From assembly GCA_950097015.1 (NCBI GenBank), contig CATNEN010000001.1, forward strand, positions 310,001 to 374,000: DNA of 64,000 nt, in the 5' to 3' direction. The stretch's first letter is position 1. Each line of letters begins with the position of its first letter. The position numbers and the translations under genes are program-made. This document shows, piece after piece, positions 53,657 to 64,000 of the stretch. The DNA comes from Macrostomum hystrix (lineage: Eukaryota > Animalia > Platyhelminthes). The notes beneath the pieces were generated by a model. That model did not search any database. It was not told where the DNA came from and saw nothing but the letters and a program-made list of their open reading frames with translations.

Positions 53657-54239
53657 GACCGCCCACACTCAACTGACTTCCTCAAGGCAATGCGGATCCT
53701 ATGAGCTAAAATGTTTTCTAAAAGGAATCTTATTTACTGCTTTCCGGCCCCGATTAGTCCTTTTAAGTAGCTTTCGGTAGTCGTGTGCTTCGCCCCTGCA
53801 TCCTTTGCAGCAACTCATCCACAAAATAATTTAACGTGTTGCCTTGAAAGCAGCCACTAAAGGTTGATATGGTTGTTCCAAGTATCAAATTACGTAAGAA
53901 GTACGTATGTTGCATGCTAAATGTTTGAAGGCCGATTGCAATATTGAATTATTCAATTAACTTTCAGTCAAACGACACGCAATATTGCACCCGGCATAAC
54001 TATTCGTGTCAGTATAGTTAGCATAGTTTCATTATATTTTTCTGTCTTGATTTTATTCTATTTAATCTAGGTTATATCTGTTTACTCATTTGCAGTCTTA
54101 AAAGTACATGAATATTTATTTACAGCTAGATTGCTACGCTTTTGAAGATCATAATTGACAAAATATATTATCATTGTAGTAACTGATAACACCTGCCAAA
54201 TCGGACCAGATGTGCTGTCGACAGCACAGCCGCAGCTGG

Positions 54240-54420
54240 GACGCCACACTCACCCTCAATTACCCCAGCTGATGCTGGAACCCGTTTAACAGCTGGGTGA
54301 ACTGAAGCAATTTACAGAGTTAAGTGCTAAAAAACACTGTTAGTTCCAGTGGAGTCGGGAACCGAACCACCGACCTTAAAAAAGTTGGCCCGACGCGACT
54401 AGTCTTCAACCTCTACTAGG
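54240..54420 (-). mobile_element. Decayed tRNA-derived SINE (same family as 11085-11356)
   Basis: Shares CACCCTCAAT...AACTGAAGCAAT...CAGAGTTAAGTGC...GTCGGGAA.CGAACC with the 11 kb copy. Confidence 0.6.
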
Positions 54421-54879
54421 AGTGATGAAAACTTTTTATGCTCAACACTTGATAATAATGAAAATTAAACAAAAATCCATTCTTACACTCTTATAATGAA
54501 GCAATAGACCACTCAAGTTACTACTAAATAGTTGGTAAAGCAGTAGCGTATTGAGAGAAATTGGCAGACTATCAAACCGTTCCGTATTTAATTTAAAAAT
54601 GTCCCGAGCCAAATTGTCATACTGTGTTGCATATGACTGCATGCTATGCTGATTTATTCAATCCCCAAATTCTCTGTATCTATTATTTAATTGGCCTAAG
54701 CCTAGGCCTAGGCCGATTAAAAGAATATTGTATGGTCAAACAATACATTAAAAAATAAACAACTTAACGAAGTTATCACTCAGTGAGTTAGTGAAAAAGC
54801 AGATGCTTTATGACAATCTATTCGAAGCTAATAACTACCTTGCTGGTGTCTCCCCACGCCGAAATTCTCATTTTCGTGG

Positions 54880-55430
54880 ATCTCAGCACGCCGAAGACCA
54901 ATTTCAGACGTGTAAATTTTCCACTTTCGTTGGGAGCGACTTCCTTGCGCAAGTCCTTCAGCATGCTGGCCAGTGCATGGCGACCAATTGGAATTTTACG
55001 AAACCATGGCGACGACAGGTCACTTGTGACTTGTCCGATTCTGGTTACGCGCTAGAAACAGTGACGAACAATTTTGAGAGCACGACGCAGTCCGATCAGA
55101 CCACCTTGATTGTTTTTGGTCACACTATTCTCGACGTACTTAATAGTCGCCTCTCCACCAACCGTTTTCAGTCGAAGCTGACGATCATACTCGAGATTCA
55201 GTTGACGCGACGAACTATCTCCTAGAACTTGAACTTATCTCCGGCACCTTTTCCATCCTTGGTTGAAAGCTTCATTGCAGCGTCGAATATGCGAGTCGCA
55301 TAGCAAACAGGAAACTGCGGACTCCAAAGTGAGGTCAGACTTCCCGAACTTTGGGGCAGACGCAATGTCCGTTAGCAGCAAGCTGTTAAACACAATCAAT
55401 TGGTGCTGTTCTGTTACCTGGGATCGAAGC
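54880..55430 (-). pseudogene. Decayed Crypton/DUF3504-type tyrosine recombinase fragment
   Basis: Manual minus-strand translation gives DAAMKLSTKDGKG, KYVENSVTKNNQGGL and PWFRKIPIGRHALASMLKDL..GKFT, in the order found in Crypton/ZMYM DUF3504 domains; interrupted by stops and deletions. Confidence 0.6.
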
Positions 55431-56445
55431 TGTTTTAAAAATATTTGAGAGAACTTTTAAAACTGCGAACCAATATAAAAAGTAGGTCAGAGTACAAGAA
55501 AGTAACGGCGCCCAATCAGAATTATAGGGAAGCTCGTTTACTACATTCAAAATAGATGCCAATTCAGTCTGCGAGCTTTTCTACCAAATCGGTCAGATTT
55601 CATAATCTCCAAATATGACGAAAATGGACATAATTGAACATAATTTTACTTTTATTAATAAAATTGTCTGTTCTTGTGCATCTTTCGTTTTGCATATAAT
55701 GCTTGTCTCCATTCTTCTCCTCGTCTGCTAATTTATTTGAGCTCTCTGTTCTTCACTGTAATTAAAATTTTCATAGCTCATATAGAATTGAAGGCTGAAA
55801 TTTACGCTGCAGAAATAGGAGTTAAGATCAAGCTTATCTTGCGAATGCTGTATAGTACGAGTATGACCTCTGAGTCATTACTTCAACTTTAAAAGATTTT
55901 ACTCGCCGGTGAGTATTTTACGTCCAAAAACCAACAGTTGTTATGAGTTGAAAGAACTTAACTCTCATACGGAAACAAAATATGCAAAAAGTGCAGAACT
56001 GTGGCGGTCACGCAACAATCGCGTGCGCGCTCCGGCAGCCACCCCAACCCCGACCAGGAAGGTCGGTGCTATGTACATGAACGCTGTGCGTTGACTGGCT
56101 GCCCAGTGTACACCGCTGGCCGATATAACTTAAGAACTTTGCTTCTTTCAAATAAACCTTAGTTGACTCAACTCAACTAGCCTCAGAACATTACTTTGTT
56201 TTTTAGTAAAACAATAGTGTAGTAAAACTCAGCAGCAGCATTAGATAAGGCCTGCCGTATTTTACCGTCGTAGCATAGTAACGAGATAAAATGCGAACAC
56301 GCACTACACTAATTAAATTCCAGCTCACCCAACCAGCGACCAAATTTCAGAAAAAAACTTTCAGAATAGAGAAATCCACAAAAACGATTGTCCGTTGTGC
56401 GTTTGTAACTTCAAACGTTTGGTTTGAAGTTTTAAAATTTTAGTA

Positions 56446-59400
56446 ATGGAGCCTGATGCTTGCCCGCCAAAGCCAGAGGCTGTTGAACAACTCGTGTCAG
56501 CAGTGACACGACGTGACTTTGGCAAGCTCGCCGACTCCGGCATCAAGCCAGAATGGTTACTTAGCAACAATTTGTTGCTAGACTTTCTCGCTCACTGTTC
56601 CATATCAGCGTGTGACGATGCCTGTGAGAAAAAAATCCTGGAGAAATCCTTGTCTTTAATACAATGCATGGAGGAGCAACAGCGATCTGAAATTCTGCAC
56701 CGCTGCTTAGAGGTTGGGCACATCGATTTAGCAGCAACGCTGCTTCAAAGGGTGCAAATTAATTTGGACTTCAGAGATAGCTCTGGATCTACCGCTCTCA
56801 TGTTGGCAGCTGATGGCGGAGACAAAGAAATGATCGACCAATTACTAGATAGAGGTGCGTCGCTGCACGCCGTTGACAACCAAGCTTGTACAGCTCTGGC
56901 CCGAGCATGTCAGGCGGGTCACGTGAGAGCAGCGCATACCCTGGCCGACAAGGGCGCCGATGCGGCGCATCGAGATATACAGGGTTACACTTGCCTGCAG
57001 CTGGCTGAGCAGTTTGGAAGGAAGCAGATTTTGCGCCTGTTTGGTCAGCTAAGACTTCCGGCCGATAGGTGAGACTTTTTTAACACAATTTATTAATCCA
57101 ATCAAGCTTAAGTTTTCAATCTTCTCAAAATTGCGAAATCGAATTACAGCCAACCAGGTATCAGGCCCTTCTCTAGCGTCGAGCTAAATGGAGAACAGTT
57201 GCACTTCATCCTCCGCGATGCTGGCTTCACGGATCAGAGGGCTCGATGCCAACAGCAGTTGGCAGACCTGCTGCAGGCAGTCGCTCAAGCGGTTACTGGT
57301 GAAAACAGGCACATGACAGGAAGCTTTTCCGATGGCTGGGGAAACAATCTACGACAGGTAAGCGGCAAAACCGAAGAAAACTCGGACATCGACTGGACGA
57401 TATTTATCAATGGAGAGCCATTTCATCTGGAAGACGGCTGCGAGTGCCAAGGTTCCGTAACAAAGAAGCAGGTGGACGACGGACATGTCTCATTGACAGT
57501 AGCAACAGGTAAGTCGTTTTCTGAAATGTTTTAAAAAAATTAATCTGGCAGATTTTCTTCAAAAAACCCACCTTTTGAATGAAACTAAAATAAATTAGTG
57601 ATTCTTTTTTACTCAATCTAATTTAGGTGGGCAGCCAGCGAAAACGGCCTACCCCTGTGGAGTTCGGCCTACAATCGATACTTGCCACGCTTTCGTTTGT
57701 TGCAGCTCCCTGCCGCTCTCTGCTCGCAAGTTACTTGATCGTGATCCAAAGCAGAGCAGTGCGTGCGTGCATCTAGTCAGAGCTAGTAGACCGAATGGAA
57801 AGAACGAGTTAAGAGTGAGCTTTAGCCTGCAAGAGAAGCAGCTAATGAGGCTGCTGAGCACTATCCAAGGGCAGTTGTTTATACTAATCAAATTCGCATT
57901 CAAGGAATACCTGCCAACTGTTCGGAATGCGTCAGGTCTGAAGTCTTATCACGCGAAGACTCTTATGTTCCACATTTTAGAAGATATTCCACTAACGTCA
58001 GAGAAGTGGACCCCGAACAATCTGATAACTATATTGAAACTTGCTCTGGAGAAGATGATCGAATTTTTAGAGTTAAAGAGCACAAATGAGCAGTGCATGC
58101 CGCACTTTTTCCTGCCCAACGCATGGCTCTACTGGCAGAGTGCCGGAATCGGTGGTGATTTCGATAGCACAAAGCACACAATTCGACAACAAATCAAAGA
58201 GCTAACGCGCGACATCAGCCAGCTGACGGATCACGTGAAGAAATTTGTGCGACCTCTGGAGTCGGACAGCCTCTACTTCCACCCATTCACACTGCTGCCA
58301 CTCACTTCGCAGCCCGCAGTTTCTGAAGTTCGCGAAGACAGAGTCCATCAGCTCGCTGACGTATACAGCATCGTGCACGAAATCATGGTCGAGCTGCAGT
58401 CACACTCGTGCGACCAACAAAATGTCAGACAGCAACTCGCTTTGCTGCGTGACTTGAGCTGGTGCAGGTGCACTGCACGCTGCTTGACTGCCATGGCTCA
58501 TTTGAAGTTCGGTGAGACAGACAAGGCTAAGCAAGCCATCAAGGATCTCGAGGGTCACGTTGTGCAGCGAGGTTGGAGCCCGACGGATTTCAACGATGCC
58601 TCGGTAACGCTGAGTGGCGATTGGAACTGGCCGAAAGACAAGGACTGGGCGTGGCGGTTCTGTGTGCCAACCAATGCGCAGCCGCGATTCGAGTTCCTGC
58701 CTGAGTTCACGCAGACTCTGTTCACGGCGAGGCTTTCGCAGCCGCAGTCGGCACATCTCTACGCAAACTTCTGCTGCGTGAGCTGGAGTCTGCAGGCCGA
58801 GCTGCTTGGCGTCTGCGAGGTAGCCAGCTGGCATCGACAGTTAAGCGAGGATCCGGACTTCGAGGAGCTGCTGACTCTGGCTCACTACAGTCCAGTTGGT
58901 TATCAAACGGACTTATTAAGTGCACTCCTGTTTGACTCCATTCTGTCAAGATGTTTGAATAAGAGAAATTTAGAATGTTCAAACTGGACCTCCGTCTCTG
59001 TAGACGGCTCGAAGGACGCAATCTATTCACAGGCTGCGAATTTTGCCGCCATGAATGGCTACTGGAGCGCTGTCTACTTTCATCTTGATAAAATTAGCGA
59101 GGCTGAAGTGAAAGACAGTTTGTGTATCCGATTCGTTCAATTCGTTTCCTTTGGTGACATTGAGCAGGTTCTTTGTGTCTTGCTGAAATTAGTTTCCAAC
59201 GCAAAAATGTTTCAGTACCGAAAGCATGCGGCAATACGAGCCGCTAGCACGGGTCACACCGAGGTCGCATGCGGCCTACTAAAACCATTGGAAGATTCGA
59301 AGCTCAAAAGAATTTTCTGCTGTGAAGCTGCAAGATGCGCAGCGGCGGGGGGCCACTCTGCCACCACAGAAGCTCTGTCTCGTCTAAATGATGACGAAGA

Positions 59401-62400
59401 AGAATGCCTTCGACGCGGACTTTCAGGTGCGATAGCCAGCAGTCGACTGGATGTTGTGAAATCAATTGGCATTCGACCTTGCTGGCTGCTGCGAGAAAAA
59501 TTTCTTTTGGACTTTCTCGCAAGCAGCTCGCTTTCTGGAAGCAAAATTTCTAAGCAAATCTTGGGTAAAACAGTTTCTCAAATATCAGACATGGATCCTG
59601 AAGAGCGCTGTCAGCTTCTGTGTCGTTGCATCACTATGGGTCACGTTACCTTGGTGATAGAAACGCTTCGAAGCTTAGATTCAGCAAATATTGATTGTTC
59701 CGACGTCTCGGGAACGACTGCTCTCATGCTGGCTGCTGACATCGGAGATGAGTATATAGTAACAAAGCTGCTCGATGCTGGGTCATCTCTGTGCGCAGTG
59801 GATAAGCGATGTCGCACTGCTTTGTCGCGAGCGTGTCAGGCGGGTCACGTGACGGTGGCGAAGGTTCTGGTAGACCGAGGTGCCGATCTGATGCATCGCG
59901 ACTCAAACAGTCAAACTTGTCTTGATATTGCTTGCAAATATGGACGACTCAACATTCTGGAAATCTTCGGTGGGGGTCCTTTGATGTGAGTTGCTTCGAT
60001 TTATTTAACTTATACCATTATTCGACATTGCAAGGTCACTGTTCTATATCAGATTTTTCTATCGGATTTCATTTCAGATCAAAGAACAACCAGTCGGACA
60101 GTGCTGTCGTCCCGTATGTTTCAATTCGTTTTCTTGAACATATTAATATGAACTAATAGCATGCATACATACATGTAGCTAGTAGCAAAACATTTACAGA
60201 CACCTACAGGAAAATTTTTCTTAATTTTTTTTAAGTCTAAGAACGACAGTTTTTTTATAGAATGAATGTTCGTTCGAACTATCTACGAGTAGCATAAATT
60301 CGTTTAAGAAGTTGCGGCTTCTACTATTATACATATATTTTTGTGACAGCTAGCTGTATCGCAGGTGAAAAAAACTACAGTGTGAAATGACAACTCCTGT
60401 CTTATTTTAGAGATTCACCGCTAAATGGCCAAGTCCTCTCGGATGAAGAACTGAGTTCCGAGATTTCACGATTGTTTAATTTAGCTGGCTTCTCCCAACA
60501 GAGAGCTCAATGTGTGCAGAAGCTTTCTGACCTTCTTCAAGATGTTTCGTCCATTGTGACAGGCGTCGATGTGCGAATAACGGGCAGCTTTTCCGAGGGT
60601 TTCGCCAGCAACATGTCGCAATTGACAGGCAGAATTTCGTCTGATTCCGACATCGACTGGTGCGTCTTTGTGACCCGCGAATTGTTTCATTTGAAAGATG
60701 GGTGCAAATGTTCTTCTGTGAAAGATGCGCAAAAGGTGATCATCAAGGATGGTTTTGCATCGTTTCCGACTTCAGTAGGTGAGTCCGTCTGGCTAGGAGC
60801 TGACTGGCTCCAGAAAAGCGCAATTCAGCAACCAGTTTGCTATTAACCTTTTTTGTCATTCTATTGATTTTCTTTAAGTACGAGTACAGGAACAATAAAA
60901 TGTTTAGATTTTACATGCAAACTTATTCTAAACTCCAGCTTTGTGTCCCATTTTGGGCTTTGAACAAACCGGCTTTGAAAAAACCGGGTGTGCTTGAAGT
61001 TCGCGAATATTATACGTCATTTATACGACATTATAGGCTACTACATATAAGATGCGTATGTAAGAATTATCTACGTCATTTTGGCTTGATTTGCATACGA
61101 ACCATGTGATTTAAAGTTCTATATAACTTTCGGGCCTAAAATTAAATAATAAATGACATCAGCTCATTTGCCAATTTTTAATGAACTTTCTCATAATCCT
61201 CATCATTGCAGGCCTGATGCGTCGGTACGAAGAGACTCAGTTTGCCTCTGGAGTGCGACCGAAGATGGATACAAAGAATGTAGTCGCCTGCTGCCGCCGG
61301 TTCTGTGAAGATAGGGTCGAAAAGCTTCTGCCTAACAGTTTCGAGAAAGTGGTGCTGATGCCGTCTCCGCGACTTTCGCTATCTAGTCAAGCTATCGTCA
61401 GTTTCGCTTTCCAAGAAAAACAAATAATGAGGCAACTCAGCACCCCGGAGATTCATCTATTTATGCTAATCAAAACTGCAATGACAAAACTGCCAAGCAA
61501 GAATCCAGCCCAGTCGCTTACCAGTACAAATGCCAAGATTCTGTTTTTCTACATTATTGAAACAATTCGTCGCCAGAATAAGGCGCTAGAAGAAAAGATG
61601 CTCATCAAATATGTTAGGGACAGTATTGATCAATTGCTGGGTTTTTTTCAAATCAGCAACTTAGTTCACGAGTGCTTGCCACACTTCATTATGCCCGAGA
61701 TCGCCCTGAGCTTCAGCGATTCTGTTCCTGGTCGGGACATAACTGCAACCAAAGCCTTCGTCAAAGATCGTCTGATCGAACTAAAGCGCAACATCAGCCA
61801 GCTGACGGATCACGTGAAGAAATTTGTGCGACCTCTGGAGTCGGACAGCCTCTACTTCCACCCATTCACACTGCTGCCACTCACTTCGCAGCCCGCAGTC
61901 TCTGAAGTTCGAGAAGACAGAGTCCATCAGCTCGCTGACGTATACAGCATCGTGCACGAAATCATGGTCGAGCTGCAGTCACACTTGTGCGACCAACAAA
62001 ATGTCAGACAGCAACTCGCTTTGCTGCGTGACTTGAGCTGGTGCAGGTGCACTGCACGCTGCTTGACTGCCATGGCTCATCTGAAGTTCGGGGAGACAGA
62101 CAAGGCTAAGCAAGCCATCAAGGATCTCGAGGGTCACGTTGTGCAGCGAGGTTGGAGCCCGACGGATTTCAACGATGCCTCGGTAACGCTGAGTGGCGAT
62201 TGGAACTGGCCGAAAGACAAGGACTGGGCGTGGCGGTTCTGTGTGCCAACCAATGCGCAGCCGCGATTCGAGTTCCTGCCTGAGTTCACGCAGACTCTGT
62301 TCACGGCGAAGCTTTCGCAGCCGCAGTCGGCACATCTCTACGCAAACTTCCGCTGCGTGAGCTGGAGTCTGCAGGCCGAGCTGCTTGGCGTCTGCGAGGT

Positions 62401-62602
62401 AGCCAGCTGGCATCGACAGTTGAGCGAGGATCCGGACTTCGAGGAGCTGCTGACTCTGGCTCACTACAGCGGCAACCTCCAGGATCTCATATTCTGCAAG
62501 GAGCAGATGCAGAAAATCAAGGAGGAGCGACGCATCGCAATGGATGAACAGGGGGAGAACATAATAGATTCTGTTTTAGCGAAAATCGCCAGCCTTTACT
62601 GA
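56446..62602 (+). CDS. Tandem ankyrin-repeat + cGAS/Mab-21-like (cGLR) nucleotidyltransferase protein, 6 exons, ~1711 aa
   Basis: Exons 56446-57068, 57150-57508, 57627-59985, 60078-60113, 60411-60778, 61212-62602 (5136 nt, GT-AG, phases consistent). ANK motifs GSTALMLAA / CTALARACQAGH occur twice. NTase motifs TGSFSDG..SDIDW and TGSFSEG..SDIDW. Mab-21 C-lobe motifs VSFSLQEKQLM, LKSYHAKTLMF, CMPHFFLPN. Confidence 0.85.
58212..58890 (+). repeat. 679-bp near-identical intragenic duplicate, copy A (copy B at 61791-62469)
   Basis: Constant offset of 3579, no indels, about 8 substitutions counted by eye. Confidence 0.95.
61791..62469 (+). repeat. 679-bp near-identical intragenic duplicate, copy B
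   Basis: Matches 58212-58890. Confidence 0.95.
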
Positions 62603-63237
62603 TAAAAGCACTTCAAAGCAGTTCAAAGCGCTATAGATAATTACTACTAAATACTCCTTCTGAAGTATTTGTAAGATATTTTAGTAGCTCCTCGTGGTCT
62701 TGTTTGCTGCTATGCTGAAGCTATCTTTTTTTAATCAGATTTTGAATCAAACTTCACTGACTTTATGTATGATTTTTGCTGTTTAATACAAATTTGTAAG
62801 CAGCCAACACTATGTAGTCAACTCTATTCTACTCAAACTTTCTGAGCAGGAAAGACCATTACAAATCTACATCATAAAATAAAAATTAGATGTATAATGA
62901 AAATTTTTGCCATAATGTAAGCATGATTCATTGAAAATCAATTTTCGAGTTACGTGATTTTTTATTAATAGCAATTTCCAAAGCCCACTACTTGCAGTAA
63001 GCGGATATGTCATCAGATTCATTTAAAAAACTAATTCTGCGAAAAATCAGAGTATTAAATAAATTCTCGCTTTTTTGCGTAAATCTGTTTATAGTGCACT
63101 TTCTACAGATTTTGTCCATTGCGAGATATTATTTAGTAACAATTCTTTGAAGCATCGATTTACCTTTAACTAAAACTGAAATCAAAATAATTAAATTTGC
63201 GAGTTCGTTTGAGCCTGGGTCATTGTCAGTTTCGTAT

Positions 63238-63642
63238 TCAAGCTGCTGGACCACCTCCTTGACTAGATACTAAACTCAGAAGTCGCTCCTCCAGCTCTTG
63301 AAGCTTCTCAGAGAACTCGCGCTTCGTTTCTCGAATCTCCGCTTTGAGATTGGCATTCTCCGATTGCACGCGATTCAGAGTCTCGTCCATAGACACTACT
63401 CTCTTCTCCATTGTGCCCAGTCGCTCCTTGATATGACAAACTTCCTCTATCGCCAGACGAGAGTGTCTCTCAGCACCGTCAGAGTGATGCTGCCGCATTT
63501 TCACACCGTCGAGTGACTGGTATGTGCAGCCGAGAGGCGCAAACGCACAATGAGTCTCAAAGTTGGGCACAAACCCTTGATGATCTGTAGATCCAACGCT
63601 GCTTGTTGAACCACCAGGGTAGCTCTCGGCTGACATCTCGGT
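63238..63642 (-). CDS. Terminal exon of a TRAF-type zinc finger + coiled-coil protein (no MATH domain)
   Basis: Acceptor aaatttag|ACC GAG ATG in frame. CAFAPLGC...HHSDGAERH matches the CxFxxxGC..H..H last TRAF finger, followed by a heptad-rich coil and a stop. Any upstream exons lie outside the window. Confidence 0.6.
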   Translation of the reverse strand, partial: TEMSAESYPGGSTSSVGSTDHQGFVPNFETHCAFAPLGCTYQSLDGVKMRQHHSDGAERHSRLAIEEVCHIKERLGTMEKRVVSMDETLNRVQSENANLKAEIRETKREFSEKLQELEERLLSLVSSQGGGPAA

Positions 63643-63684
63643 CTAAATTTGTGCTTTATTGATATTTTCCTGTTAGACGGGATA

Positions 63685-64000
63685 CTGATAGATATGGGAT
63701 AGTGTCCTGATAGATATGGGATATTTTCCTGATAGATATGGGATAGTGTCCTGATAGATATGGGATAGTGTCCTGATAGATATGGGATAGTGTCCTGATA
63801 GATGTGGGATAGTGTCCTGATAGATATGGGATAGTGTCCTGATAGATATGGGATTGTGTCCTGATAGATATGGGATAGTGTCCTGATAGATATGGGATAG
63901 TGTCCTGATAGATATGGGATAGTGTCCTGATAGATATGGGATAGTGTCCTGATAGATATGGGATAGTGCCCTGATAGATATGTGATAGTGTCCTGATAGA
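63685..64000. repeat. Minisatellite, 22-bp unit (GATAGATATGGGATAGTGTCCT), runs off the right edge
   Basis: Tandem periodicity. Confidence 0.95.

Noticed and set aside
54791-55448. Plus-strand ORFs of 61-144 aa
   Set aside because: They are antisense shadows of the minus-strand Crypton remnant and have no recognisable motifs.
58400-62464. Minus-strand ORFs within the cGLR gene
   Set aside because: Antisense shadows of GC-rich coding exons.

Overview
Eukaryotic (animal) genomic DNA. About half of the window (~30 kb) is made of 16 or so different minisatellite arrays, and all the very long ORFs in the ORF track are read-throughs of these arrays. The GC-rich exons, poly-Q tracts and minisatellite-filled introns resemble a flatworm such as Macrostomum (inference only). 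Five genes can be rebuilt from splice signals with consistent phases: (1) a 7-repeat delta-type protocadherin (+, 4371/8016-21009); (2) LAMTOR1/p18 (-, 24389-28677); (3) an intronless orphan class A GPCR (-, 35938-37239); (4) a 6-exon, ~1711-aa protein with two ankyrin + cGAS/Mab-21-like (cGLR) nucleotidyltransferase units in tandem (+, 56446-62602); (5) the last exon of a convergent TRAF-type zinc-finger/coiled-coil gene (-, 63238-63642). The tandem ANK-cGLR gene and its neighbour are the best candidate for an undescribed innate-immune system. Mobile DNA includes a Merlin/IS1595-type deletion derivative with an 8-bp TSD, a GG..CC TIR element flanked by an unusual 42-bp direct repeat, GGCCTA insertions at TA sites that look like footprints, a decayed Crypton/DUF3504 recombinase, tRNA-derived SINE fragments and a hairpin-bearing dispersed repeat. 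All family assignments come from motif recognition by eye; no searches were run.
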